DNA from: Eledone cirrhosa
Lineage: Eukaryota
DNA: 64,000 nt
Reading direction: 5' to 3'
Assembly (NCBI GenBank): GCA_964016885.1
Contig: OZ024743.1
Coordinates: forward strand, 186,868,001 to 186,932,000
Below the pieces are notes generated by a model, which ran no database searches, was not told where the DNA came from, and saw only the letters and a program-made list of their open reading frames with translations. How positions within the stretch are numbered: position 1 is the first letter of the stretch; every line of letters begins with the position of its first letter. The position numbers were made by a program, and so were the translations under genes. Below, one piece after another: positions 13,800-29,024 of the stretch.

Positions 13800-14930
13800 A
13801 GACTTGCAGAGAAAATAATTGAGGAAGAGGTTGAAGAAGAAGAGTGTGCGAGAAGGAAAGGGAGGCTGACAGGAGTTGTGGAGGTCTGCTGAAGGCAGGA
13901 GGAATTTGAGGTGAGAAGAGGATGACAGAGATATGTAGGTTGGTGGGGAAAGAAGACCATATTCCAGTGGATTGGGTGTTGAGTACTCTCATCCCTCTGT
14001 GAAAGGAAAAAAGGTGATCCTATTGACTGTAGCTTGTATAGAGCAATTAAACCATTGGAATATAGATTGAAAATATTGGAAAGAATGTTAGAGAAAAGGA
14101 TAAGGAAAAAGTGAATATTGATGAAATGCAGTTTTTTTTAATAGTAAAGCAGTTACAAGAAAAGTACAAGGACAAGAGGAAGAATTTGTTTTATTGAGTT
14201 TATTGATCTGGAGAAAGCTTTCGCTAGGGTTCCATATGAAGAAGTGTCATGAGCATTAAGAGGGTTAGGAGTGAGGGAATGGTTGGTTAGAGTTGTGATG
14301 ACAATGCACAAGAAAGCAGGTATAGTTGTAAAGACAAAGGATGGAAAGAATGAAGAGTGTAAAGAGAAGGTTGGAGTGCATCAGGGATCAGTTTTAAGCC
14401 CACTACTAATTGTAGTTGACGTGGAGAATGAGATATGCATGGAAGAAGCTATGGGAATTGAGTAATGTACTGAGGAGAGGAGTGTCATTGAAACTGAAGG
14501 GAAAAGTGTATGTTGCATGTGTGAGAAGTGTCATGATTTATGGGTGTGAGGCATATGTGATGAATGCAGAGCAGCAGAGATGGCTGGAAGGAATGGAAAT
14601 GAGAATGATCTGGTGGATGAATGGAGTATCACTGAAAGAGAGGAAAGCAAACCATGAATTGCAGAAGATGATGAGAATAGAACAAGTGTTAAATGTTGTG
14701 AAGTGAAATAGAATGAGATTGTTGAGACATGTGTTGAAGTAGGATGAAAATGATTGTGGGAGGAGCAATGGAAATGAATGTGGGAGTAGAGGAATGGGAA
14801 GACCAAGAAAGGTAGAGGTGGGGGATGACAGGAGAAAATTAAAACCAAGTTGTTGGAGAGGAGAAATGCAAATGATAGGGCCAAATGGAGAGATTTTTTC
14901 TGCTTTATTATCGTAAAAGAACACAATGGG
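13800..14930 (+). mobile_element. Degraded RTE LINE of a different subfamily
   Basis: IDLEKAF, VGVHQGSVLSPLL, LKLKGKVYVACVRSVMIYGCE; internal deletion and stops. Confidence 0.85.
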
Positions 14931-15096
14931 CACTGTAGTTCTGTATACACTACAAGTGAGTAGAAATGATGGTCATGTTTGGAATGCCTTTGGATATATG
15001 TCTGTCTAATTCAAATATTTTTGTTGATACTAATATTATTATGACGAGTCAAAGGATTTGATTTTATGTTTTTATATAAGTATAATAAATATGTAT

Positions 15097-15419
15097 TGTG
15101 GGGCTGGAGCCTTGTCAGAAGTTTATGGGTCAGTGATGTCATGAAACCGGAGGGACTACCCAAAAGTTGAAGGGTGATGTAATGTCACGGAATGGGATAC
15201 AAGAAGCAGCAGCAGCGCCTAGGGCTTTCAATGATCATTGAAGAAAGAGGTTGTATTATTTTGCACTCTGCATATGGGAGACGTAGGGATATTTTCTGGC
15301 CATAGGGTAGAGTTGGGCTCGGTGCTTATGGACCATGGATATACTACATTCAGGAGAAAATAAACCTGTGAGATGTCCTGTGAATTAGGTGAGCTACATT
15401 CTCATCCCCTTTTACCACA
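15097..15419 (+). mobile_element. Probable solo LTR
   Basis: TGTGG...CCACA termini, AATAAA at ~15358, GC-richer than flanks, imperfect 5-bp TSD tgtat/tatat. Confidence 0.55.
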
Positions 15420-16099
15420 TATATTACATATGTAAACTAACAAATTCAAATGAAGCACAACATTACACAATTAAATAACACTTTTGTCAATAAACCTAAT
15501 TGTTATAAGATTTTTTTAATCAATTGTTAGATAAAACAGATATTTAAATAATTATTTTCCCATTAAAGCATGCATTGAATATATTTTCCATAAGAACATT
15601 TCCATATATTTTGATTTCAGATGTGGGTCCATTTTTCTGTTCCCATCTCATTGATGCATACACGCATGCAAAAGTGAATGTAAAAGGATAATGATGTTAT
15701 GTAGACTCCCTTGGTATTCATCTATTATGGGTAGATTCCTTCATCTACTTACAATAATTTTTTCCTCCCAGCATGTATTATCCAGCCTGATTACATTGAC
15801 AATCATTTTCATATCCAGTAGCTTTCATAGCCTGACTTGCAATCAAAGGGATATTCATTGCAAAATCCCTAATATAGAAAATATAACAGTAAGCTGAGAA
15901 CTTATGCAAGATGATGTAAAAGATATAATGTAGAATTGGCAATTTTCAAACTCGTGGCATTATAAGGACTTTATCAAAATAGATTCATTCTATAACAAAG
16001 TACTGCTCTCACCAAAAGCATGATATGGGCAGACAATTTCCATCTGAACTATTCAGAATCAAGCACAAATTCCTTCAGTTGCCAGAGAGGCTCCTAAGA

Positions 16100-16680
16100 A
16101 GCTGATGATAGCTTTTGTTTCCAAGGTGATCTAATATAATTAGCAGTGAAAGAGGATGCACTGAAAATGTGATAGCCAGGATCAGAACAAGCCGGAAGAA
16201 GTTTAGAGAGCCAATACTTCTGCTGGCAGAAAAGGACTTTTCTCCCAGAGTGAAAGGTAGACTCTATAATGCCAACGTATGAACTACAATGCTTTATGGC
16301 AGTGAAACATGGGCCTTGACTTCAGAAAATATGCAAAAGCTTGAAAGAAATGAAGCAAGTATGCTCTGATATATGTGTAGTGTTAGCTGTAGAATAAGCA
16401 ACCTGAGAGAAAAAATGGCATAAGAGGAATGGGATGTAGTATGCAAAAGAAGACTGTATTCATATGGATATGTGATGCATATGGAAGATGAGAGCTGTAT
16501 AAAGAAGCACAGAGAAACAACAGTGGCTGTGTCCCATGGAAGAAGCAAACCCAGGAAGACTTGAGATAAGGTAGTGATGACTAAAGTTAAAAAAGTAAGC
16601 CTCACAACAGATATGACAAAGGATCGAGAGGTCTGGTTCTATGCTGTGCCGATGAAGACACAGTCACTTGCCTACAATCT
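16100..16680 (+). mobile_element. Degraded RTE LINE 3' coding fragment
   Basis: KGRLYNANV..LYGSETWALTSENMQKLERNEASML homologous to 10460-10580. Confidence 0.8.
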
Positions 16681-17829
16681 GAGCTGATCGATCCCTGTGT
16701 CTCCTCTCCACTATTTCTCCATCACTACACCCTTTGCACACCATTGACCACACTGTTCCCAGCCTCCAACATTACACCCCCTGTATCCATATTCATGACT
16801 GACTATAACGTGGTGTTGGAGAGGATTGTAAGATAGAGAGCTTGAGCAAAAAAAGAGTGTACATCTATCAACAAGGCTGTGATATAGTATAAATATTGTT
16901 TCCTTCCTTAGTTTTGCTGTGACTATTATAGAAGTATTGTTGACAAAATATTGAGTATTATTGCAGAAGGAATTTTTTTAAATATTAAGAATAGAGTAAA
17001 TAGAAAGAAAGCAGAACACCAGAAAAGTTTTCCTTTTAATTAAAATGATGTGAGAGCATATTAAAAGAATGATATCAGCTAGTGCAGAACTTAATTACTA
17101 TATATTGTAGATATAAAAGTGGAAGGGGTCACTAATCTCATACTAACCTCTGATCAATTAGTAGTAGCACTAATAGATGTCTGGCATTCTTCGCTGTTAC
17201 TGAGCTAGCTGTAAAATGATCACAGTTTAAGACATTCATAGACAGACTCATGTATGTTTATTGTACATAAACATATTGTATATTCCATCCTATTCACACA
17301 TATTATTAACTTCAGTCTCTTCTAATTCAGTCCACTGTTTCTTGACTAATTACCATTTCTTAGCAAATAGACAAACGTAGTGTGAATAGTTATAAAAACA
17401 TATATCACCAAAATTTACTCTAATCATTAAACATATTTTATGCTTGTAAAAAAGCAACAACAAACTATAGAGAAAATAGTTGTGTTTGAGATAATGTTTT
17501 GTAAGCTAACAGAATCAAACAAGAATAAAAAATGCAAAACATATTTGGAAATTAAATAGTTTAGAGGTCATTACATCATATATCTAATGAAGCAAAGCAC
17601 CCAATGTTTTTAATACAATTCAGATATTTCTTAACTCAAAGTGGATGTTAACTACACCAGACAACATATTTTGTAAGTTATCTTTATATTTTTATTTTTC
17701 ACTTTTAGACTATAATGTACTAGTTTGATTTCTTTTTGATTAAAGGCTATTTTGTTTGATAGCAAAGTAATGAAGTAATTTTATTTAAGGACTTGAATTT
17801 CTAGCTGATATCTAGCTTTAGATAGAGTT

Positions 17830-18022
17830 AATAATTGTTTCTACTTTTGGCACAAGGCCAGCAATTACCCAGTACATTACTGGTACTTTATTTTATCGTC
17901 CCCGTAAGGATGAGAGGCAAAGTTAACCTCGGCGGGATTTGAACTCAGAATAGCAAGGGCCGTAACTCTATGCGTCAAAGCATGGCATCCGACCCTCTAC
18001 CGATACTGCCAATCCACTGCCC
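17830..18022 (-). mobile_element. tRNA-derived SINE family A (central domain resembles Meta-SINE domain), full length
   Basis: Minus strand has A box tggcagtatcggtag and B box gagttcaaatccc; 17-bp TSD tagatagagttaataat at 17819 and 18027. Confidence 0.85.
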
Positions 18023-18089
18023 TAGATAGATAGAGTTAATAATATTGCTTTATCAGTACAGTAGTATTTGATACAATTTAGTTTGTTTA

Positions 18090-18340
18090 CTATCAAAATA
18101 TTCTTCAGAATATCTGTTGAATTAGTGCTGTTGTATGGATCAGGAACATGGATCCTAACACAAGCACTTGAAAAGAAACTAGATGGTGCATACACTAAAA
18201 TGCTTAGGGTTGTACAAAACATAAACTGGCATTAACAAATGAAAGTTTATAAGGAAACTTGCCTGAGATAACAACTACAATTACTCATAGACATTTACAA
18301 TTTGCAGGACATTGCTGAAGAAGTAAGCAGGAAGTTACTC
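18090..18340 (+). mobile_element. RTE/RTEX-like fragment
   Basis: SVELVLLYGSGTWILTQALEKKLDGAYTKMLRVVQNINW. Confidence 0.65.
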
Positions 18341-19435
18341 TTGTAATTAAGCCCTCCTCTATAATAAATTCATCAATTATTTTTATAAGAATTTAACAAG
18401 AAGTAAACAAATAACCTGCACTGTGCTTAAATAAAAATCCAGAATTTTCCATTAGCATTGTAATAGTGTCTATAAAGTATACAAAGAATTTACAATGAAC
18501 AAATTATCTAAACACATGCCTGCCCAATAGGAGAGTCATGTGTTTGCTAAACTGAAGCAAATGCCTAAGTATATTCTATACTATTTATTTAGTGTAAATC
18601 TATTCTTACAGTTTGAATCAAATTCAAGTTTTTAAAATGTGTTACTGTCTTGGTAGACTGCTTATAATTGTCTAGTTGTGATCTGTCTTTCTGGAAACCT
18701 AACTGATGATCAAAACCATCATAGAAAACCACTGTTTGCCTGGCATGTTTATATTTTTTTAAATCAAAAATACTACTTCTGCTACTGTTAGTAATGTTCT
18801 TATTGTATATACCTTCATTATTCAGCTGTTATCACAGTAAATACTGCCACTGTTACAATTGCTACTACTACACACGATTTATATCATAAGAATAGAATAA
18901 TCAGTGTTTAAAAACTGAAATTATTCCCAAAGGCTTGCAATATTTTATAAAACTGATCTGAGATAAAATAATTTTCTTTGCTCACTGATACATTAAATCT
19001 ATTTCAGAGTGAGTCTCAAATTTAAAATTTATCCTTGAAATGTTTTCCATTCCATTAAAATTTGAATATATTTATTATATATATGAATGCTTCACATATT
19101 CTAAATATTGACAAAATTTGCAGCAACCATCAATTGGATTTAAACATTTAGGGAATTGTGTTAAATATTAGGTCACTTAAACATTAAGGGAATTGTGTTA
19201 AATGTTAGGTCATTTAAACCTTCTAAAATATTTGCGCTAATCTATTGCCTTGCCATTTTTGTTCTAGAAAGAAGATATAAAAGTAAATTGCTTGACACAC
19301 ACACAAACATAAATATGTGTGTTTGATAAGAATCTTCAGAGTAGCAAGACTCACTATTTAGCCTTAATAAAATGAATATTTGAATGCTACTTCTGTATTG
19401 AGTACTTGGCCATCAAAAACATATGGATATATATA

Positions 19436-20018
<583 letters not shown>

Positions 20019-20164
20019 TGGAGTGTCTATAGTATGAGGACTGGGAAGAGAACAAATCAGGATAGTACAATCCAAATGACAAGCACAGTCATTTGAACTT
20101 GTTTCCATAAGTATTTTCACAAGTTGAAGAGACTGAACATGCCATTAGAATATATATATTCTAG

Positions 20165-20372
20165 GGCAGGTAAAATTCCCGAGATTCATGGACGAGTTCT
20201 CTCCAGCCGTCTCTGTCCCTCGTTATCGCTGCCATGTCCTGCATCTCCAACAGACCAGTGTCTGTCCTTAGGGCATCAACATACGTTAACCTTGGTCTTC
20301 TTCTTCCAGTGTGTCCATGTAGGGGCTTCCACAAGAAGACTGAGTGCAATGTCAACTCTGGATGTCGGTGAG
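20165..20372 (-). mobile_element. RTE/RTEX-like 3' coding fragment
   Basis: FLWKPLHGHTGRRRPRLTYVDALRTDTG..RDRDGWRELV. Confidence 0.7.
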
Positions 20373-20709
20373 CATATATATATATATATATTATATATAT
20401 GTATATATATATATATTATATATATATATATATTATATATATATATTATATATATGTATATATATATATATTATATATATATATATTATATATATATATT
20501 ATATATATGTATATATATATATATTATATATATATATATTATATATATATATTATATATATGTATATATATATATTATATATATATATTATATATGTGTA
20601 TTATATATATATTATATATATATATTATATATATTATATATATATTATATATATATTATATATATATATTATATTATATATATATTATATATATATATTA
20701 TATATATAT

Positions 20710-20789
<80 letters not shown>

Positions 20790-20856
20790 TATATATATAT
20801 ATTATATACATATTATATATATATATATATATGTGTATATATATATTATATATATA

Positions 20857-21474
20857 AGAAATAAGAGGGATCAGATGTTGTCTACTCGAGAGAAGGCTAC
20901 GTTGGTATGGACACGTGATGCGCATGAAAGTCGATAGCTGTATAACAAAGTGCAGGGCAATAAAGATAGACGGTAGTCACGGAATAGGCAGACCCAGAAA
21001 AACCTGGGACGAGCTGATAAACTCCGACATCACACACTTACACCTCTCCAAGACAATGTCACTGGACCGAGACCTTTGGCGGTACTCAGTAACAGAGAAG
21101 ACCCGCCTTACCTAAATATATGTAGTAAAACCTACTCCAACCAGTAGGCATCTCTAACAAAATACACCCCGTTCTATGTAAAGTTATGTTGGTGCCGCGC
21201 CATCCAGGCCGAAACAAATGAGATCGTGTAGGTGTCACGACAAAAAAACACACAGTCCACGCTGTAATGTGACCGTGTAGGCAACACGGTAAAAACCTCC
21301 CAGACCCACACTGTAAATGTGGTTGGTGTTAGGAAGGGCATCCAACTGTAGAAAACCTGCCAGACAGTCCTATGCGAGCAAGACAATCACTCTTGCCTCA
21401 AGTGGGACTACCCCCGTCCAAGCCCATGCAAGCGTGGAACACGGACGTTAAACGTTGATGATGATGATGATGAT
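20857..21474 (+). mobile_element. Young RTE LINE copy 2 (3' fragment)
   Basis: Near-identical to 10638-11285; GAT tail. Confidence 0.95.
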
Positions 21475-21484
21475 ATATATTATA

Positions 21485-21564
<80 letters not shown>

Positions 21565-21746
21565 TATATATATATATATATGTATATATTATATATATAT
21601 TATATATATATATATATGTATATATATATTATATATATATTATATATATATATTATATATATATATGTATATATATATTATATATATATTATATATATAT
21701 ATATGTATATATATATATTATATATATATATATATGTATATATATG

Positions 21747-21805
<59 letters not shown>

Positions 21806-21837
21806 GTATATATATATTATATATATGTATGTATATA

Positions 21838-22335
21838 TACTACAGTCAGTAGGCATCTCTATCAAAACACACCCCCGTCCCACCACCTCCACCCCACCCA
21901 CACCGCCCCTTTCAATGTAAAGTTATGTTGGTCCCACAACATCCAGGCCGAAATAAATGAGATCGTGTAGGTGTCACGACAAAAAACACACAGTCCACGC
22001 TGTAAATGTGGCCGTGTAGGCAACACGGTAAAAACCTCCCAGCCCCACACTGTAAATGTGGTTGGTGTTAGGAAGGGCATCCAGCTGCAGAAAACCCGCC
22101 AGACAGTCCACCGCTGTAATGTGGTCGTGTAGGCAACACGGTAAAAACCTCCCAGCCCCACACTGTAAATGTGGTTGGTGTTAGGAAGGGCATCCAACTG
22201 TAGAAAACCCGCCAGACAGTCCTATGCGAGCAAGACAACCACTCTTGCCTCAAGTGGGAAAACCCCCGTCCAAACCCATGCAAGCGTGGAACACGGACGC
22301 TAAACCTGATGATGATGATGATGATGATGATGATG
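21838..22335 (+). mobile_element. Young RTE LINE copy 3 (3' UTR only, internal ~110-bp duplication)
   Basis: Unit cgctgtaatgtgg..cagacagtcc present twice. Confidence 0.95.
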
Positions 22336-22476
22336 TATATATATATTATATATATATATGTATATATATCTTATATATATATATATGTATATATATTATA
22401 TATATATATGTATATATATATTATATATATATGTATATATATATTATATATATATGTATATATATTATATATATAT

Positions 22477-23157
22477 ATCATCATCATCATCATCGTCAAC
22501 GTTTAACGTCCGTGTTCCACGCTTGCATGGGTTTGGACGGGGGTTTTCCCACCTGAGGCAAGAGTGATTGTCTTGCTCGCATAGGATTGTCTGGCGGGTT
22601 TTCTACAGCTGGATGCCCTTCCTAACACCAACCACATTTACAGTGTTGACTGGGAGGTTTTTACCGTGTTGCCTACACGGCCACATTACAGCGTGGACTG
22701 TGTGTTTTTTTGTCGTGACACCTACACGATCTCATTTGTTTCGGCCTGGATGTTGTAGCACCAACATAACTTTACATTGAAAGGGGCGGTGTGGATGGGG
22801 TGGGGGTGGTGGATGGGACGGGGGTGTATTTTGTTAGAGATGCCTACTGATTGTAGTAGGTTTTTACTTTGTATTTAGGTAAGGCGGGGTCTTCTCTATT
22901 ACTGAGTACCGCCAAAGGTCTCGGTCCAGTGACATTGTCTTGGAGAGGTGTAAGTGTGTTGTGTGAGGTCGGAATTTATCAGCTCGTCCAGGTTTTTCTG
23001 GGTCTGCCTACTCCGTAGCTACCGTCTATCTTTATTGCCCTGCACTTTGTTATACAGCTATCGTCTTTCATGCGCATCACGTGACCATACCAACGTAGCC
23101 TTCTCTCGAGTAAACAACATCTGATCCCTCTTATTTCTAATTGTTTCCTTAGTTCGC
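22477..23157 (-). mobile_element. Young RTE LINE copy 4 (3' fragment)
   Basis: Reverse complement of ~10617-11270. Confidence 0.95.
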
Positions 23158-23214
23158 TTATGATATATACATTATATATATATTATATATATATATATAT
23201 GTGTATATATATAT

Positions 23215-23285
<71 letters not shown>

Positions 23286-23310
23286 ATATATATATATATA
23301 TATGTGTATA

Positions 23311-23419
<109 letters not shown>

Positions 23420-23436
23420 TATTATATATATGTATA

Positions 23437-23477
<41 letters not shown>

Positions 23478-23659
23478 GTATATATATATTATATATATAT
23501 ATGTATATATATTATATATATATATATATATATTTTATATATATGTATATATATATTATATATATATATATGTATATATATTATATATATGTATATATAT
23601 ATTATATATATATGTATATATATATATTATATATATATGTATATATATTATATATATAT

Positions 23660-25475
23660 ATCATCATCATCATCATCATCATCATCATCGTTTAACGTCC
23701 ATGTTCCACGCTTGCACGGGTTTGGACGGGAGTTTTCCCACTTGAGGCAAGAGTGGTTGTCTTGCTCGCATAGGACTGTCTGGCGGGTTTTCTACAGCTG
23801 GATGCCCTTCCTAACACCAACCACATTTACAGTGTGGGACTGGGAGGTTTTTACCGTGTTGCCTACTCGGCCACATTACAGCGTGGACTGTGTGTTTTTT
23901 TGTCATGACACCTACACGATCTCATTTGTTTCGGCCTGGATGTTGTGGCACCAACATAACTTTACATTGAAAGGGGCGGTGTGGATGGGGTGGTGGGACG
24001 GGGGTGTATTTTGTTAGAGATGCCTACTGACTGTAGTAGGTTTTACTTTGTATTTAGGTAAGGCGGGTCTTCTTTATTACTGAGTGCCGCCAAAGATCTC
24101 TGTCCAGTGACATTGTCTTGGAGAAGTGTAAGTGTGTGAATACAGCTGTCGTCTTTCATGCGCACCACGTTACCATACCAACATAGCCTTCTCTCGAGTA
24201 AACAACATCTGATCCCTCTTATTTCTAATTTTTCAGTTAGTTCGTTTATGCTTTGCCGTTCGCGTATATTACTATTACACATCCAGCGGAGCATGCAAGC
24301 TTCGTTCCTCTCTAGTCTGCGTATATCCTCTGCACACAATGCCCAGGTCTCACTGCCATGCAACATTGCTGTTCGTATGCAGGCATCATACAGCCTGCCT
24401 TTCATTTTTAGGGAGAACCCTTTAGCGGCTAATAGAGGTATAAGCTCTCGGAACTTTTTCCATCCAGTTCTGACTCTAGCTACTGTACTTTCAGAGCACC
24501 CTCCCCCACTGCTGATCTTGTCAACCAGGTAACGGAAGCTGTCCACTATTTCTATAGAACCCTCTGCGCAATTGAAAGAGCTAGTATTTTGTGGGCACTT
24601 GCTGCTACTTATTGCACCAGAGCACCGGCCACATGTAAAATCTATGTTCTTAGTTAATTTACCTGTGATCCCACTACATCTTTTATGCACCCATACTTTG
24701 CATTTGGGACATAAAATGGAGTTTCTACCTACGCCTTTCCTACACAACGAGCATGGCCATTTCCCGGAAGGGACCGGCGCCTTATTTTCTTTCCTACAAA
24801 CTAGAACTTTAGTCTTAGCCAGGTTAATTTTAAGGCCTTTTGATTCTAGGCCGTGCTTCCATGTTTGGAATTTCTTCTCTAGCTCGGCCATTGATTCAGC
24901 TATGAGCGTCAGATCATCTGCGTATAGGAGTTCCCATGGGCAGCCAGTCTTGAACTCCACTGTTATAGCCTGAAGGGCAATAATAAATAGTAGGGGGCTA
25001 AGAACAGAGCCCTGATGAACACCAACTTTTACGCTAAACTCTTCACTATATTCGTTGATAATTCTAACCTTGCTGACTGTTTCTTTATACATGGCTTGTA
25101 TAGCTCTCACAAGCCATTCATCAACACCTAGTTTTCTAAGAGCCCACCAGTTAATGGAACAGGGGACTCTGTCGAAGGCTTTCTCCAAGTCGACGAAAGC
25201 TAAGTATAGGGGTTTACTTTTAGCTAGGTACTTTTCCTGTAGTTGTCGTACAATGAAAAGAGCGTCTGTTGTACTTTTGCCTGACATAAACCCGAACTGC
25301 ATTTCATCTAGATCGATTCTCTCTCTGATTAGTTGCGCTATTACTTTTTCCGTGACCTTCATGACCTGGTCAATTAATTTAATGCCTCTATAGTTACTCC
25401 TATCTAGGGCGTCTCCTTTACCCTTGTAGCAGTTAATGATGATGCTGCTACGCCAGTCCTTCGGAAGAACCCCAT
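23660..25475 (-). mobile_element. Young RTE LINE copy 5 with RT+PHD ORF and ~86-bp internal deletion near the ORF end
   Basis: ORF 24043..25512 near-identical to copy 1; junction gacagctgtat|tcacacactta lacks the equivalent of 10724-10809. Confidence 0.95.
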
Positions 25476-25737
25476 GTATATATATTATATATATATATAT
25501 ATATGTATACATATAATATATATATATATGTATATATATATTATATATATATATGTATATATATATTATATATATATATGTATATATATATTATATATAT
25601 ATATGTATATATATTATATATATATATATATATGTATATATATTATATATATATATATATATATCTATATATATTATATATATATGTATATATATTATAT
25701 ATATATGTATATATATTATATATATATGTATATATAT

Positions 25738-25769
<32 letters not shown>

Positions 25770-26004
25770 ATATATATATATATATGTATATATATAATAT
25801 ATATATATAATATATATATATATGTATATATATAATATATATATATGTATATATATGTATATATATAATATATATATATATATGTATATATATAATATAT
25901 ATATATGTATATATATTATATATATATGTATATATATTATATATATATGTATATATATTATATATATATATATGTATATATATTATATATATATGTATAT
26001 ATAT

Positions 26005-26036
<32 letters not shown>

Positions 26037-26354
26037 ATATATATGTATATATATAATATATATATATATATGTATATATATTATATATATATATATATAC
26101 TATATGTATATATATATTATATATATATTTTATATATATATATTATATATATATATATATATTATATATATATATATATATTATATATATATATGTATAT
26201 ATATTATATATATTTATATATATTATATATATATAATATATATACATATATATATATATAATATACATATATATATATAATATATAATATATATACATAT
26301 ATATATAATATATATACATATATATATATATAATATATATACATATATATATAT

Positions 26355-26397
<43 letters not shown>

Positions 26398-26625
26398 CAT
26401 ATATATATATATTATATATACATATATATATATTATATATATACATATATATATATATATATTATATATATACATATATATATATATATTATATATTTAT
26501 ACATATATATATATATATATATAATATATATACATATATACATAATATATATACATATATATATATATATTATATATATATATGTATATATATTATATAT
26601 ATATATTATATATATATATATATAT

Positions 26626-26656
<31 letters not shown>

Positions 26657-26741
26657 ATATTATATATATATATGTATATATATATATATTATATATATTA
26701 TATATATGTATATATATTATATATATATATATATTATATAT
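25476..26741. repeat. ~1.27-kb complex TA-rich array
   Basis: (TA)n interrupted by periodic TG, TT, AA or CA. Confidence 0.95.
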
Positions 26742-26898
26742 AAGCAAGATGTATGGTTGGTCGTATGTGAATCGCGATGATCACGCCTGACCTACCAAAT
26801 ATGCGACGGTAGCTAGTTAAGCTCTATGCGTATAAGCAGAGCAGAAATATTAATGAAAAAGAACAAAGGAACTATTATGACATTACAACAAGTTTATT

Positions 26899-26943
26899 GC
26901 CGACAGCCGTTACGTCCGACCATATGGTGAGACTTTTCAAGGC
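26899..26943 (-). ncRNA. Degenerate type I hammerhead ribozyme
   Basis: gcc TTGAAAA gtc..accatatggt..gac GTAA c ggct gTC ggc: stems intact, three core substitutions; AATAAA follows. Confidence 0.55.
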
Positions 26944-28118
26944 ATATAGCATGTGATTGTAAGTTCATTATTTACATCAACGTTTCACTCAAGATTAGCA
27001 GTTTGAAATTGTGGTATACATCAGCAGCTCCGCTTGTATATTTCCGGTCTATATTCTAAGGGGGCTCTTTTATATTAGTTGTCGGAGTTGTAAGAGGGGT
27101 TATGGGGCGTTAAGAGAATTTGAAGAGGGCCTAAGAGTCAGGAATTGAAGGTTAAAAATTAGATAATTTATAATTTACGCATTAAAAGTAAAGGACTTGG
27201 GACCTCGTAGAAGCACCTTAAAACATCCCTCAGTAAGTGCATAAAGCTTATAAGCCCCAATAAACCTAACAAACCAGAAGAGATTAAGAGACTAAAAAAA
27301 AAATAAAAATAAAAAAATAAATAAAAAAAAAAATAATAAAAAAAAAAAATATAAAGTTTCCTAAAAAAATATAAAGTTTCCTAAAAAATTCCTTCGAGGG
27401 AATAAAAAATTTTTTTCGAAAGAAAAAAGTTTTCCCCAGAGATCACATTAAAAAATTTCAGAAAATTTACGAAGTTTTGATAATCCCTACTAAGTTGAAA
27501 GAAACTAATCAATTAAAGGTTAATTCAAAAAGCCTTAAAAAAATCCCTCAGAAAAGGCGCCTTTAATATTTTTAATAAGAACCTCTCCCGTGAGACCCTT
27601 CGAAGAATTAAAATTTTAGTGAGCCTTTAAGGATATATATAAACGAATTGAGGAAAATTATAAATTAAAAGTTAAAAATTACGGTATTTTGGATATCTGA
27701 GGAATTTTCAAAGGGCTACTTCAACTTAGGTGTAATAGATATAATAATTTAAGTAATTTAAGTAATTTAATTAGGGAGCAATTCAAAGAGCTTATCAAGT
27801 TGGGCAAGATTAAAGAAAATGATGAGTAAGAAAATACATATATGTATATATATATATTATATATATATATGTATATATATTATATATATATATTATATAT
27901 ATATTATATATATATATATATATATTATATATTTATATATATATATATTATATATATATATATGTATATTATATATATATATATGTATATATATTATATA
28001 TATATATTATATATATATATGTATATATATTATATATATATATATGTATATATATTATATATGTATATATATATAATATATATACATATATATATATATA
28101 TGTATATATGTGCGTTTG

Positions 28119-28428
28119 GTGGCACATGGCTTAGTGGTTAGAGCATTGGCCTTGCAATCAAAAGGTTGTGAGTTCAATTCTCAGAACGGGTGATGTGTTG
28201 TTTCCTTGAGCAAGACACTTTATTTCACATTGCTCCAGTGTACTCAGCTGTAGAAATGAGATGATAGGAACGGGGTCCCTATCATTCCACTGCAAAGTGC
28301 TCGTGGAGGCACTCACTGTAAATGAGGTTGGTGTTAGGAAGGGCATCCAGCTGTAGAAATCAAGCCAGAATCAGTTCCCGTCACACCCTTGCAAGCAGGG
28401 AAAAGCAGGCATAAAATGATGATGATGA
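28119..28428 (+). mobile_element. SINE family B copy
   Basis: Matches 19436-19777 and 59723-60061; GAT tail. Confidence 0.88.
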
Positions 28429-28469
28429 TATATATATACATATATATTATAGTTAAAACAGAAAACAAA

Positions 28470-28990
28470 AATCCAAAAACGGAACGAAGAGGCAGTACAA
28501 AGTGTTAATATTAGATTCACGCTTGAGAGTGGGGGGGGGGGGCGTTTCGGGCATAAGCCCTTCATCAGGAGAAAAGTGGACAGGAAAAGAGTTCCGAGGG
28601 TGTGAGGAGGAGTGGTGGAAAGACGTTTAAAGGGGGTAGGACATTTTTTTTAGAGGGTAAAATAATTAAAATGAAACAAGTGGTGAAAGGGTATGAGGCG
28701 TGTAGGAGTGGTGGTGTGTGGATGGAGTGGGGAGAGGGGAGAGGGGAGAGAGAGACCGAGCGGGGAGGGCAGAAGGTGGTGTGTGTGGGGGTGGGGGTGT
28801 ACCTGTGTGTGTGTGGATGTGAGAGTTTGGGGAAGAACGAGATTCCATGTTCAGGTAATAGGGAAACCAGTGTGTACATGAGGTGGGGTGTAAGTCAGTG
28901 TGTGTGTATGTGTCAATGGAGAGGTGTCAGAGGGGGAGGGGAAGAGGAGGCGTGTGGAGTCCGGAGGCTGAGTGTGTATATGTGACGATA

Positions 28991-29024
<34 letters not shown>

